A program made the position numbers and the translations under genes. Positions 40,624 to 49,336 of a stretch of 64,000 nt of DNA are shown piece by piece. Within the stretch, counting starts at the first letter, position 1; the number at the start of each line of letters is the position of its first letter. The notes beneath the pieces are model-generated. The model saw nothing but the letters and a program-made list of their open reading frames with translations, was not told the origin of the DNA and did no database searches. Source of the DNA: Burkholderiales bacterium (lineage in GTDB: Bacteria; Pseudomonadota; Gammaproteobacteria; Burkholderiales; Burkholderiaceae_C); NCBI GenBank assembly GCA_003963005.1, contig RXJW01000066.1, positions 4,981-68,980 of the forward strand, read 5' to 3'.

Positions 40624-42654
40624 ATGGGCCCCATCACGATCAACGGCATCACGCTCAACACCGCGGCGCCCAAGCCGGCGCTGGCCGCCCTGGCGATGGA
40701 CAACGCCGATGCCAGCGGCTCGGACTACGTGCTCGTGCAGCCTGCGCACCCGCTGAAGGCCGACCAGCGGGCGCAGCTCGCGCAGGCGGGTGCGCGCATC
40801 CTCGAAGCCGTGCCCGGTGGGCTGGTGTGCCACTTCCCGGGGACGGACCTGTCCCAGCTGCGCGCCTTGCCCTTCGTCGCCTGGGCCGACGTCTATCCCA
40901 ACGTCGTCAAGATCGGGCCGAGCCTGTTGCGCCTGCCTGCCCAAGCCGGCGCCGTCGAAGCAGCGGCTGCGGCACTGGCCAAGCCGCCGGCGCTGGATGC
41001 GCAGCCCGTCACCGTGGACGTCGTCCTGCACCAGGGCGTCGACCCCGTGGTGGCGGCCCGCCAGGTGGCGGAAGCGGCTCACCTGCATGACGACGAGGTG
41101 CTGCACAGCGGCGCCAAGCTGCGGCTGACGATGAAGCGGCGCCGCCTGGCCGATGTGGCCAACGTGGACGCCGTCCGGCACATCGAGGAGGTGGTGGCGC
41201 GGCGCCTGGCGAACAATGTCGCGCGCACCGTGATGCGCATCGAATCCGCCGCGGGCGGCGCCTCGGTGGCCTTCACCGGCAAGGGGCAGGTGGTGGCCGT
41301 GGCCGACACCGGCTTCGACAAGGGGTCGACGACCGACGTGCATGCGGCGTTCAAGGGCCGCGTCAAGAAGCTCTACGCCCTGGGGCGCCCGAGCCTGAAG
41401 AACGATCCCCACGGCCACGGCACCCATGTGGCAGGCAGCGTGCTCGGCGACGGCGTGTCCACCGCCGACGGGCCGGTCAAGGGGGCGGCGCCACAGGCGA
41501 AGCTGGTCTTCCAGTCCGTGCTGGACGCCACGGGCGGGCTCGGCGGCTTGCCTGACAACCTCGAAGACCTGTTCCTGCAGCCCTACAAGACGGACAAGGC
41601 GCGCATCCACACCAACTCCTGGGGCAGCACCGGCAACTTCGGCAAGTACGACATGCAGGCCCGCGAGGTGGACAAGTTCGTCTACGAGCACCGGGACCTG
41701 TTCATCTGCTTCGCGGCGGGCAACAGCGGCACCGACGGCGACCGCAATGGCGTCATCGATCCGGGCTCCGTGACGCCGCCCGGCACGGCGAAGAACTGCC
41801 TCACGGTGGGGGCCAGCGAGAACGCCCGCGCCGCCATGGCGCTGACCTACAGCCAGGGCTGGCCCAACGACTTCCCGGCCGACCCGATCAAGTCGGACCG
41901 GGTGGCCAGCAACATCGAAGGCGTGGTCGCCTTCAGCGGTCGCGGGCCGACGGCCGACCGGCGCATCAAGCCCGACGTGGTGGCGCCCGGCACCTACATC
42001 CTCTCCACCCGATCCCGCGCCACCAAGTCGCAAGGCTGGCTGCTGAGCCCGGACCCGCTGTACATGTACGAGGGCGGCACCAGCATGTCCACGCCGCTCG
42101 TCGCCGGCTCGGCGGCGCTGGTGCGCGAGTTCCTGATGACCGTGCACCAGCGGCCCAACCCGAGCGCGGCCCTGATGAAGGCCCTCTTCATCAACGGCGC
42201 CCACGTCATGGCGGGCCAGTACGTGCCGTCGGAGGCGGGGCTGGCGCCGAGCAATGCCCAGGGCTTCGGCCGGGTCGACGTCCAGGCGATCGTCGGCCCC
42301 TACGCGGCGAATGAATCCATCGTCTTCTTCGACGAGGACAAGGTCCTGGACACCGGCGAATCGCAGGACTTCAGCATCACCGTGCCGGCCGGCGCCAACC
42401 GCCTGAAGGCCACGCTGGTCTGGACCGACCCGCCTGGCGAGGGGCTGCAGAGCGACCTGGACCTGATCGTCCGCGCGGGCAGCGTCGAGCGGCACGGCAA
42501 CGTGGCGGCCGGCTCCACGGCGTTCGACCGCACCAACAACGTCGAGCAGGTCGATTGGCCAGGCATCCCGGCCGGCACCGTGAAGGTGACGGTCGCCGCG
42601 CATTCGATCACGACGGCCCCGCAGAGCTTCGCGCTCGTGGTGCGCATCGCCTGA
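40624..42654 (+). CDS. S8 subtilisin-like serine protease (KP-43-like) with C-terminal beta domain
   Basis: Triad VADTG / HGHGTHVAG / GTSMSTP; FAAGNSG, AKN, IKPDVVAPG. Confidence 0.93.
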   Translation: MGPITINGITLNTAAPKPALAALAMDNADASGSDYVLVQPAHPLKADQRAQLAQAGARILEAVPGGLVCHFPGTDLSQLRALPFVAWADVYPNVVKIGPSLLRLPAQAGAVEAAAAALAKPPALDAQPVTVDVVLHQGVDPVVAARQVAEAAHLHDDEVLHSGAKLRLTMKRRRLADVANVDAVRHIEEVVARRLANNVARTVMRIESAAGGASVAFTGKGQVVAVADTGFDKGSTTDVHAAFKGRVKKLYALGRPSLKNDPHGHGTHVAGSVLGDGVSTADGPVKGAAPQAKLVFQSVLDATGGLGGLPDNLEDLFLQPYKTDKARIHTNSWGSTGNFGKYDMQAREVDKFVYEHRDLFICFAAGNSGTDGDRNGVIDPGSVTPPGTAKNCLTVGASENARAAMALTYSQGWPNDFPADPIKSDRVASNIEGVVAFSGRGPTADRRIKPDVVAPGTYILSTRSRATKSQGWLLSPDPLYMYEGGTSMSTPLVAGSAALVREFLMTVHQRPNPSAALMKALFINGAHVMAGQYVPSEAGLAPSNAQGFGRVDVQAIVGPYAANESIVFFDEDKVLDTGESQDFSITVPAGANRLKATLVWTDPPGEGLQSDLDLIVRAGSVERHGNVAAGSTAFDRTNNVEQVDWPGIPAGTVKVTVAAHSITTAPQSFALVVRIA

Positions 42655-42694
42655 GGCCGCCGGGGCCGCTCGGCGGGCCGCGCGGGGCCTCGGC

Positions 42695-44059
42695 TCAGGG
42701 CGATGCGTTCGCGGCCTGGTGCGGCGTGGCGCCAAGTTCGCCCGAGGCCCGCGCCCGGCGGCCGTAGACCGCTTCGAACAGCGGCGTGGCCATCATGGTG
42801 GTCACCACGGCCATCAGCACGAGCATCGAGAACAGCGCCGGGCCGATGATGCCTTTTTGCAGGCCGATGTTGATGATGATGAGCTCCATCAGCCCGCGCG
42901 AGTTCATCAGGGCGCCGATGCCCAGCGCCGTGCGGTTGTCCTCGCCGGCCAGGCGTGCCGCCACGTAGCAGGCGCCGAACTTGGCCAGCACCGAGGCGGC
43001 CAGAATGCCCAGCGCGATCAGGAAGAGCTGCACCGTGTCGATCATGTCCAGCCGCGTGTTCAGGCCGGAGTAGGTGAAGAACATCGGCAGCAGCAGCACC
43101 ACGGCCAGCGGCTCCACCTTCTTCTTGAGCTCCTCGGCGAACAGGCCGCGCGGCATGACGGCGCCCAGGATGAAGCCGCCGAAGATGGAGTGGATGCCGA
43201 CCGCGTCCATCACGAAGGCCGACAGGCAGAACAGCGCCATCGTGATGCCCAGGATGGTCGTGCTCATATGCCCTTCGCGCTCGACGATGCGCCCCAGCGG
43301 CGCCAGCAGCCGGCGGCCGAACAGCATGATGAAGGCGGCATACAGCACACCGCCGCCGATGGCCAGCACCGCCACGCCCGGGCCGGCGCCGAAGGCCGCC
43401 AGCACGATCGCCAGCACGCACCACGACACCGCGTCGTCGAAGGCCCCGGCCGTGAGCGACAGCGTGCCCAGCGAGGTGTTCGCCAGGCCCCGCTCGTTGA
43501 TGATGCGCGCCAGCATCGGGAAGGCCGTCAGTGCGATGCAGGCGCCCATGAAGAGCGTCGCGTTGGCCGTGGAGATGCCCTCGGCGAACAGCCCCGGCAC
43601 GGTCAGCAGCAGCGGCGTGATCAGGAAGGCGATGAAGAACGGTGCCACGATGCCGGCGACCGACACCCCCACCGCGCTGCGCGCCTTGGTGGCGAAGTGG
43701 TCCAGCCGCAGCGTCGTGCCCACCAGGAACATGTACAGCCCCACGCCCAGTTGCGCGCCGGTGTAGAGCACGTTGCGCATCTCCTTCGGGAAGATGGCGG
43801 CCTGGGTTTCCGGCGCCAGCATGCCGAACAGCGACGGGCCGAGCAGCACGCCCGCGATCATCTCGCCCACCACCTGCGGCTGCGCCAGGAACTTGCGGCC
43901 GAACCAGCCGACGATGCGGCAGGCCAGCAGGATGAGGGCCAGCTGCAGGAAGAAGCGGATGCTGAAGTCGCCCGGGGAATAGGTCTGCGCCACGGCGGGT
44001 GCCGCAGGGCCGTGCTTGGCGAACACGTCGGCCAGGGTGGCGAGGAAGTTGAAGTCCAT
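42695..44059 (-). CDS. Cation:proton antiporter (CPA2/Kef-type membrane domain)
   Basis: QPQVVGEMIAG, TAFPMLARI, FDDAVSW, MNSRGLMEL. Confidence 0.92.
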   Translation of the reverse strand: MDFNFLATLADVFAKHGPAAPAVAQTYSPGDFSIRFFLQLALILLACRIVGWFGRKFLAQPQVVGEMIAGVLLGPSLFGMLAPETQAAIFPKEMRNVLYTGAQLGVGLYMFLVGTTLRLDHFATKARSAVGVSVAGIVAPFFIAFLITPLLLTVPGLFAEGISTANATLFMGACIALTAFPMLARIINERGLANTSLGTLSLTAGAFDDAVSWCVLAIVLAAFGAGPGVAVLAIGGGVLYAAFIMLFGRRLLAPLGRIVEREGHMSTTILGITMALFCLSAFVMDAVGIHSIFGGFILGAVMPRGLFAEELKKKVEPLAVVLLLPMFFTYSGLNTRLDMIDTVQLFLIALGILAASVLAKFGACYVAARLAGEDNRTALGIGALMNSRGLMELIIINIGLQKGIIGPALFSMLVLMAVVTTMMATPLFEAVYGRRARASGELGATPHQAANASP

Positions 44060-44212
44060 GGGGAAGCCTGGGTCGGTTTCTCTTGCAGTGCGGCCGGCGG
44101 CGCGAAGAAGGCGCGGCCGACAACGTTGTCTCCGGCGGACCGGCCGCTCGGCCGCCCGCCGTTTCGCACTGTGCCAGCTGGGGTTGCGCTGTCCATCCGG
44201 GCTCGCCGAGTT

Positions 44213-44228
44213 GTACCTACGTACCTAC
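44213..44228. promoter_or_regulatory. Tandem direct repeat, candidate operator in the antiporter/TA divergent region
   Basis: GTACCTAC-GTACCTAC containing the palindrome TACGTA; -10-like TACAGT at 44259. Confidence 0.4.
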
Positions 44229-44273
44229 TTTTCGTTTGTCAGTCGGCGGGCCCGTCGCTACAGTGCCGGGGCG

Positions 44274-44525
44274 ATGAAGCTCCTCACCAGCCGTGATTTC
44301 AACCGGGACGTCAGCCAGGCCAAGCGCGCGGCCCAGGTCGAGCCCGTGCTGATCACCGACCGGGGCCAGCCGACCCACGTGCTGCTCAGCATTGGCGAGT
44401 ACCGGCGCCTGACGGGGGAGGGCGAGAACATCCTGGACCTGCTGGCGATGCCCGACGCCGTGGCCCTGGAAGCGGCCGAGGCGGCCGCCGACGGCGCCTG
44501 GGATCACCGCGAACCCCTGGCCTGA
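44274..44525 (+). CDS. Phd/YefM family antitoxin
   Basis: SRDFNRDVSQAKRAA..PVLITDRGQPTHVLL; 83 aa, acidic C-terminus. Confidence 0.92.
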   Translation: MKLLTSRDFNRDVSQAKRAAQVEPVLITDRGQPTHVLLSIGEYRRLTGEGENILDLLAMPDAVALEAAEAAADGAWDHREPLA

Positions 44526-44533
44526 GCCCCCGC

Positions 44534-45031
44534 ATGTTCCTGCTCGACACCGGCATCGTCCTGGAACTGCGCAAGGCCAAGGCCGGCCAGTCCGACGCCG
44601 GCCTGGCCGCCTGGGCTGCCGGCGTGCCGCGGCACAAGCTCTTCGTCTCGGCCTTGAACCTGCTGGAGATCGAGAACGCCGCCGCGCGGCTGGGGCGCAA
44701 GGACCGCGACGCCGGGCTCGCGGTGCGCGACTGGATCGACAACCGCGTGCTGCCCGCCTTCGAGGGCCGCGTGCTGCCGGTGGATGCGGCCGTCGTGCGC
44801 CGCCGTGCACAGCTGCCCTACGCCAACACGCGCGACGGGCTGCTCGCCGCCACCGCGCTCGAACACGGCCTCACCTTCGTCACCCACCGCGTGTCGGCTT
44901 TCCGCGCCGGTCGCGTGAAGCTGCTGAACCCGTCCGGCTACGTCGCGCCGCCGAGCGACGACGACGACGACTGGAGCCACGGTGCGCAGACCGGCCACCA
45001 GTGGCTCAAGAACCTGTACACAAGAGCATGA
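44534..45031 (+). CDS. PIN-domain (VapC-like) protein with partly degenerate active site and C-terminal extension
   Basis: LLDT, FVSALNLLEIE, RDGLLAATALEHGLT; about 30 extra residues after LLNP. Confidence 0.88.
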   Translation: MFLLDTGIVLELRKAKAGQSDAGLAAWAAGVPRHKLFVSALNLLEIENAAARLGRKDRDAGLAVRDWIDNRVLPAFEGRVLPVDAAVVRRRAQLPYANTRDGLLAATALEHGLTFVTHRVSAFRAGRVKLLNPSGYVAPPSDDDDDWSHGAQTGHQWLKNLYTRA

Positions 45032-46560
45032 CCCCGAAGCGACGCATCCTCATCGTGGGCGGCGGCACGGCCGGCTGGCTGACGGCGGCCTATCTCGCCA
45101 AGGCCCTGAAGCTGGCCGAGCGGCCGCACCTGGAGGTGACCCTGCTGGAGTCGCCCGACATCGTCAGCGTCGGCGTGGGTGAGGGCACCTTTCCCACCAT
45201 CCGCACGACCTTGCAGGTCCTCGGCATCGACGAGGCGGCCTTCATCCGGGCCACGTCAGCCACGCTCAAGCAGGGCATCCGCTTCGTCGACTGGGCCCAT
45301 GCGCCGGTGGCGGGCCAGCATCACAGCTACTTCCATCCCTTCGAGGCGCCGTACTTCGCGGAGGACCTGAACCTCGTGCCCTACTGGCTGCTGCAGGACC
45401 CGGCCGCCCGTGCGCCCTTCGCCGAGGCCATGACGCTGCAGGCCCGCGTGGCGGCGGCCCACCGCGCGCCCAAGCGGGCCGGCGAGGCGCCCTACACCGC
45501 ACCGCTGAACTACGCCTATCACTTCGACGCGATCAAGCTGGCGCGCCTGCTGGCGGAACGTGCGGTGCAGCTCGGCGTGCGCCATGCCGAGGGCACGGTG
45601 GCCCAGGTTGCGCTCGACGACCAGGGCGCCATCGCCCGCCTCGACACCGACCGGCAGCAGCGCTTCGAGGCCGATCTCTTCATCGACTGCAGCGGCTTCC
45701 GCGCCGAGCTGATCGGCCGCGCGCTCGGCAGCCCGTTCACGTCGGCCCGCGGCCAGCTCTTTGCCGACCGCGCGCTGGCCTGCAAGGTGCCGCTGGGCGA
45801 CGAGTCGGTCATGGAAAGCTGCACCATCGCCACCGCGCACGAGGCCGGCTGGCTGTGGGAGATCGGCCTGAACGGCATGCGCGGCGTGGGCTGCGTCTAC
45901 AGCAGCAGCCACATCGGTGACGACCGCGCCGCCGAGATCCTGCGCCGCTATTGCGGCGCCGGCGACGAAGACCTCGCCGCCCGCAGCGTCCCCTTTGCAC
46001 CCGGCTACCGCGAGCAGCAGTGGGTGAAGAACTGCGTGGCCGTGGGTCTGTCGGCGGGTTTCCTGGAGCCGCTGGAGGCCACCGGCCTCGTGCTCATCGA
46101 GGCGGCCATCGGCATGATCGCGGAGATGCTGCCGCACAGCGGCCCGATGCACGCGCCGGCGCGGCGCTTCAACGAGCTGATGCGGGCGCGCTTCGAGAAC
46201 ATCATCAACTTCCTGAAGCTGCATTACTGCCTGAGCCAGCGCACCGAGCCCTTCTGGCGCGACAACACCGACCCTGCCACCGTGCCCTACCGGCTGACCG
46301 GGCTGCTGGAGGAATGGCGCCTGCGCCCGCCGGGCCGCTTCGACTTCGTGCTCGACACCGAGACGTTTGCGTTCTTCAACTACCAGTACATCCTGTACGG
46401 CATGGGCTTCGCCACCGACCTGAGCGCCGGCCGGGACGACTTCCCCCGAGTGGACGAGGCCGCGCGCGTGTTCGCCAAGATCCAGCGCTTCGCCGACCGC
46501 GCCGTGGCCGACCTGCCGTCGCACCGGGCGCTGATCCAGCAGATCAACGCCGGGCGCTGA
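45028..46560 (+). CDS. Flavin-dependent tryptophan halogenase family protein
   Basis: GGGTAG, GVGEGT, ATLKQGI (catalytic Lys position), FIDCSGF, GWLWEI (WxWxI), GFLEPLEATG; ATGA overlap with the PIN gene. Confidence 0.93.
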   Translation: MTPKRRILIVGGGTAGWLTAAYLAKALKLAERPHLEVTLLESPDIVSVGVGEGTFPTIRTTLQVLGIDEAAFIRATSATLKQGIRFVDWAHAPVAGQHHSYFHPFEAPYFAEDLNLVPYWLLQDPAARAPFAEAMTLQARVAAAHRAPKRAGEAPYTAPLNYAYHFDAIKLARLLAERAVQLGVRHAEGTVAQVALDDQGAIARLDTDRQQRFEADLFIDCSGFRAELIGRALGSPFTSARGQLFADRALACKVPLGDESVMESCTIATAHEAGWLWEIGLNGMRGVGCVYSSSHIGDDRAAEILRRYCGAGDEDLAARSVPFAPGYREQQWVKNCVAVGLSAGFLEPLEATGLVLIEAAIGMIAEMLPHSGPMHAPARRFNELMRARFENIINFLKLHYCLSQRTEPFWRDNTDPATVPYRLTGLLEEWRLRPPGRFDFVLDTETFAFFNYQYILYGMGFATDLSAGRDDFPRVDEAARVFAKIQRFADRAVADLPSHRALIQQINAGR

Positions 46561-46575
46561 CCGCCCGCGGCGTCG

Positions 46576-47757
46576 TCACGCCGGCCGTGCCGGCGCGTGA
46601 ATGGCGCACAGCGCCGCAAAGGCACTCAGCGCCAGCGCTGCGGACAGCCACAGCGTCGCCTGGCCCAGGTGGCTCAGCAACAGCCCGAAGAGCCAGGGCG
46701 ACAAGGCCTGGCACAACCGCGCCGGCATCATCAGGAGACCCTGGCGGTGGCCATAGCCGGCGCTGCCGAACAGGGCCAGCGGCAGGGTGCCCTTGGTGAT
46801 CGTCAGGATGCCGTTGCCCGCGCCGTGCAGCAGCGCGAAGGCCACGGCCACAGGCGCGCCGGCCAGGGCGAGCAGGGCCGCGCCGATCGGGTGCATCAGC
46901 GCCGCCAGCCGGGCCGACGCCAGCGGATGCACACGGCGCAGCACGCCGAACTCCAGCAGCCGTCCGGCCACCTGCGCCGGGCCCACCAGTGCACCGATGG
47001 CGACGACGGCCGCCGGTGCGGTGCCCACCGCAACCAGCAGATGCGGCAGGTGCGCGGCCATCGCGGTGCTGATGAACCAGGTCACTGCAAACACCCAGGC
47101 CAGCAGCGCCGCCGTGCGCCACGGTGGCGCGGCGTGGGCGGCCGGGGCGGTGTCGGTGGGCCTGGCGGCCGTCGGCTCTGGCGCATCGGGCTGCGTGCCG
47201 AGGCGCGGCAGCGCGGCGTTCAGCGGCAGGCCGATGAACAGGTGCAGGGCCGCCCACACCGCGCACGCGCCGCGCCAACCCCAGGCATGCTCCAGCGCTG
47301 CCGACAGCGGCCAGCCCACGGTGCTCGCGAAGCCGCCCATCAGCGTGATGCCGGTGATGGCATTGCGCGCCCCGTGTCCGTACAGCCGCACGAGCGACGC
47401 GAAGGCCCCTTCGTACAGCCCACTGCCCATCGCCAGGCCCAGCACCGCCCAGGCGGCGAACAGGCTCAGCGGCCCGGTGGCGGTGGCGAGCATCGCCAGC
47501 CCGAGGGCAAAGGCCACGCTGGTGGCCATCAGGACCGGCCGGCCGCCCCAACGGTCGATGCGCCGCCCCGCGTGCGGGCCGGTGAATGCCGAGACGCCCA
47601 GCGCGACCGAGAAGGCCGCAAACACCGTCGGCTCCGTCACGCCGAGGTCGGCCGCCATCGGCCGGGCCAGCAGGGCGGGCAGGTAGTAGGACGAGGCCCA
47701 GGCCAGCGTCTGGGCGGCGCCGAGCGTGGTGACGAGGCGGACGCCCGGTGGCTTCAC
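46576..47757 (-). CDS. MFS transporter, ArsK-like arsenical efflux
   Basis: QTLAWASSYYLPA, GLYEGAFA, GITLMGGFASTVGWP; GTG overlaps the aquaporin stop in the ars operon. Confidence 0.75.
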   Translation of the reverse strand: MKPPGVRLVTTLGAAQTLAWASSYYLPALLARPMAADLGVTEPTVFAAFSVALGVSAFTGPHAGRRIDRWGGRPVLMATSVAFALGLAMLATATGPLSLFAAWAVLGLAMGSGLYEGAFASLVRLYGHGARNAITGITLMGGFASTVGWPLSAALEHAWGWRGACAVWAALHLFIGLPLNAALPRLGTQPDAPEPTAARPTDTAPAAHAAPPWRTAALLAWVFAVTWFISTAMAAHLPHLLVAVGTAPAAVVAIGALVGPAQVAGRLLEFGVLRRVHPLASARLAALMHPIGAALLALAGAPVAVAFALLHGAGNGILTITKGTLPLALFGSAGYGHRQGLLMMPARLCQALSPWLFGLLLSHLGQATLWLSAALALSAFAALCAIHAPARPA

Positions 47758-48455
47758 GAGTGCGCGGCGTGTGCGGATGCAGGCGCAGCGGACGGGCTTG
47801 CCGGCGCGGCGGCGCCTTGCGTCAGCAGTCGGTGCACGCCCACTGCCGCGGCGGCTCCGATCAACTCCGCCAGCACGAACGCGGGCGCGCTGCCCGGTGC
47901 GATGCCGGCAAAGCTGTCGCTGAACATGCGCCCGAACACGGCCGCCGGGTTGGCAAAGGACGTCGAGGCCGTGAACCAGTAGGCGGCACCGATGTAGGCC
48001 GCCACCATCGCCGCCGCCCGGCCCGCCGGCGCGCGCAGGATGACCAGCATGAGGCCGAAGGTCGCCACGCACTCCGCCACCCACTGCCCGGCGCCCGTGC
48101 GGACCTTGGCGGACCATTGCAGCAGGCTCAGGTCGAACATCGCATGCACGAGCACGGCGCCGAGCCACGCGCCCAGCAACTGTGCGGCGATGAAAGGCAG
48201 CAGCCAGCGGCCGGGCAGCGCCCCGCGTGACGCCATGACCGCACTGACGGCGGGATTGAAATGAGCCCCGCTGACCGGCCCGAAGACTTCGATGAGGATG
48301 TAGAGGCCGCCCACGGTCGCCAGCGTGTTGGCGAGCAACGCGAGAGCGACGTTGCCGCCCGCCAGCCGCTCGGCCATCACGCCGGAGCCGAGGACGACGG
48401 CCAGCAGCAGCAGGGTGCCGAGGGCTTCGGCCAGGAGCGCGCGGCGCAAGTCCAT
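47754..48455 (-). CDS. Aquaporin/aquaglyceroporin, AqpS-like arsenite channel
   Basis: SGAHFNPAVS and YWFTASTSFANPA motifs; follows arsC. Confidence 0.88.
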   Translation of the reverse strand: MDLRRALLAEALGTLLLLAVVLGSGVMAERLAGGNVALALLANTLATVGGLYILIEVFGPVSGAHFNPAVSAVMASRGALPGRWLLPFIAAQLLGAWLGAVLVHAMFDLSLLQWSAKVRTGAGQWVAECVATFGLMLVILRAPAGRAAAMVAAYIGAAYWFTASTSFANPAAVFGRMFSDSFAGIAPGSAPAFVLAELIGAAAAVGVHRLLTQGAAAPASPSAAPASAHAAHS

Positions 48456-48456
48456 G

Positions 48457-48960
48457 TCAGCGGGCAGCGATCTCGGCCAGCGCCTGCTGCAGGCGCGGCT
48501 TGCTCATCGCTTCCAGCGGCAGGTGGAGCAGCTGCAGCAGGCGGTAGCCGATGGCCTGTCGGGTCAGCTCGAAGGCGCGGCGCTTGGCGTCTTCGCCGCG
48601 GGTGTCGGACGGGTCCGGGTAGCCCCAGTGCACCTTGACGGGCACACCGGCCTTGCCGCCGTAGAACACCGGGCAGCTCTCCCCTGCGGCGCTGTCACAG
48701 ACGGTGATCACCAGCGACAGGGGCGGCGCGTCCGGGCCGGTGAACTCGTCCCAGCTCTTGCTGCGGTAGCCGGTGGTGTCCACGCCGGCCTTCTTCAGCG
48801 CTTCGAGCGCGAAGGGGTTCACGGTGCCGCTCGGCGCGCTGCCGGCGCTGTGGGCCTGCACGTCCTTGCCAAGCTTGCGTGCCCAGTGGTTGAGCATGCC
48901 CTCGGCCAGCACGCTGCGGGCGGAGTTGTGGGTGCAGAGGATGAGGACGTGGAAGGTCAT
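48457..48960 (-). CDS. arsC: Arsenate reductase (LMW-PTP family)
   Basis: LCTHNSARS, SKSWDEF, ITVCD..AGESCP, HWGYPDP. Confidence 0.92.
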   Translation of the reverse strand: MTFHVLILCTHNSARSVLAEGMLNHWARKLGKDVQAHSAGSAPSGTVNPFALEALKKAGVDTTGYRSKSWDEFTGPDAPPLSLVITVCDSAAGESCPVFYGGKAGVPVKVHWGYPDPSDTRGEDAKRRAFELTRQAIGYRLLQLLHLPLEAMSKPRLQQALAEIAAR

Positions 48961-48965
48961 GAGGT

Positions 48966-49283
48966 TCAGCAGCAGGCCGCGGGGCTGGGCGTGCAGGACA
49001 CGCCCTGGCAGCAGTTCTCGGTGAGGTAGCCCAGCACGGCGTTCATCTGCGCGTAGTGGGCGCGGTAGATCAGGTGGCGGCTGGCCCGCTCCTGCGTGAC
49101 GAGGCCGGCATTGACGAGTTCCTTCAGGTGGAAGGACAGCGTGGCCGGTGCCACGCCCAGGCCCTCCTGGATCGCGCCGGGCGTGAGGCCGGCCTCGCCG
49201 ACCACGACGAGGGCGCGAAACACCTGCAGCCGCAGAGGCTGCGCAAGCGCGGCCAGGGCCCTGACAACCTCGGGTTCGTCCAT
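48966..49283 (-). CDS. arsR: ArsR/SmtB family repressor
   Basis: ALAQPLRLQVFR, TLSFHLKEL, YLTENCC. Confidence 0.92.
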   Translation of the reverse strand: MDEPEVVRALAALAQPLRLQVFRALVVVGEAGLTPGAIQEGLGVAPATLSFHLKELVNAGLVTQERASRHLIYRAHYAQMNAVLGYLTENCCQGVSCTPSPAACC

Positions 49284-49336
49284 GATTCGATTATTGTCGA
49301 AATATGGACGGCCCCGGAAGACCCTCGGGCAGGGGG

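Noticed and set aside
45028-47757. Halogenase + MFS as a pyrrolnitrin-like biosynthetic cluster
   Set aside because: The MFS is convergent and coupled to the ars operon; no prnBCD-like genes.
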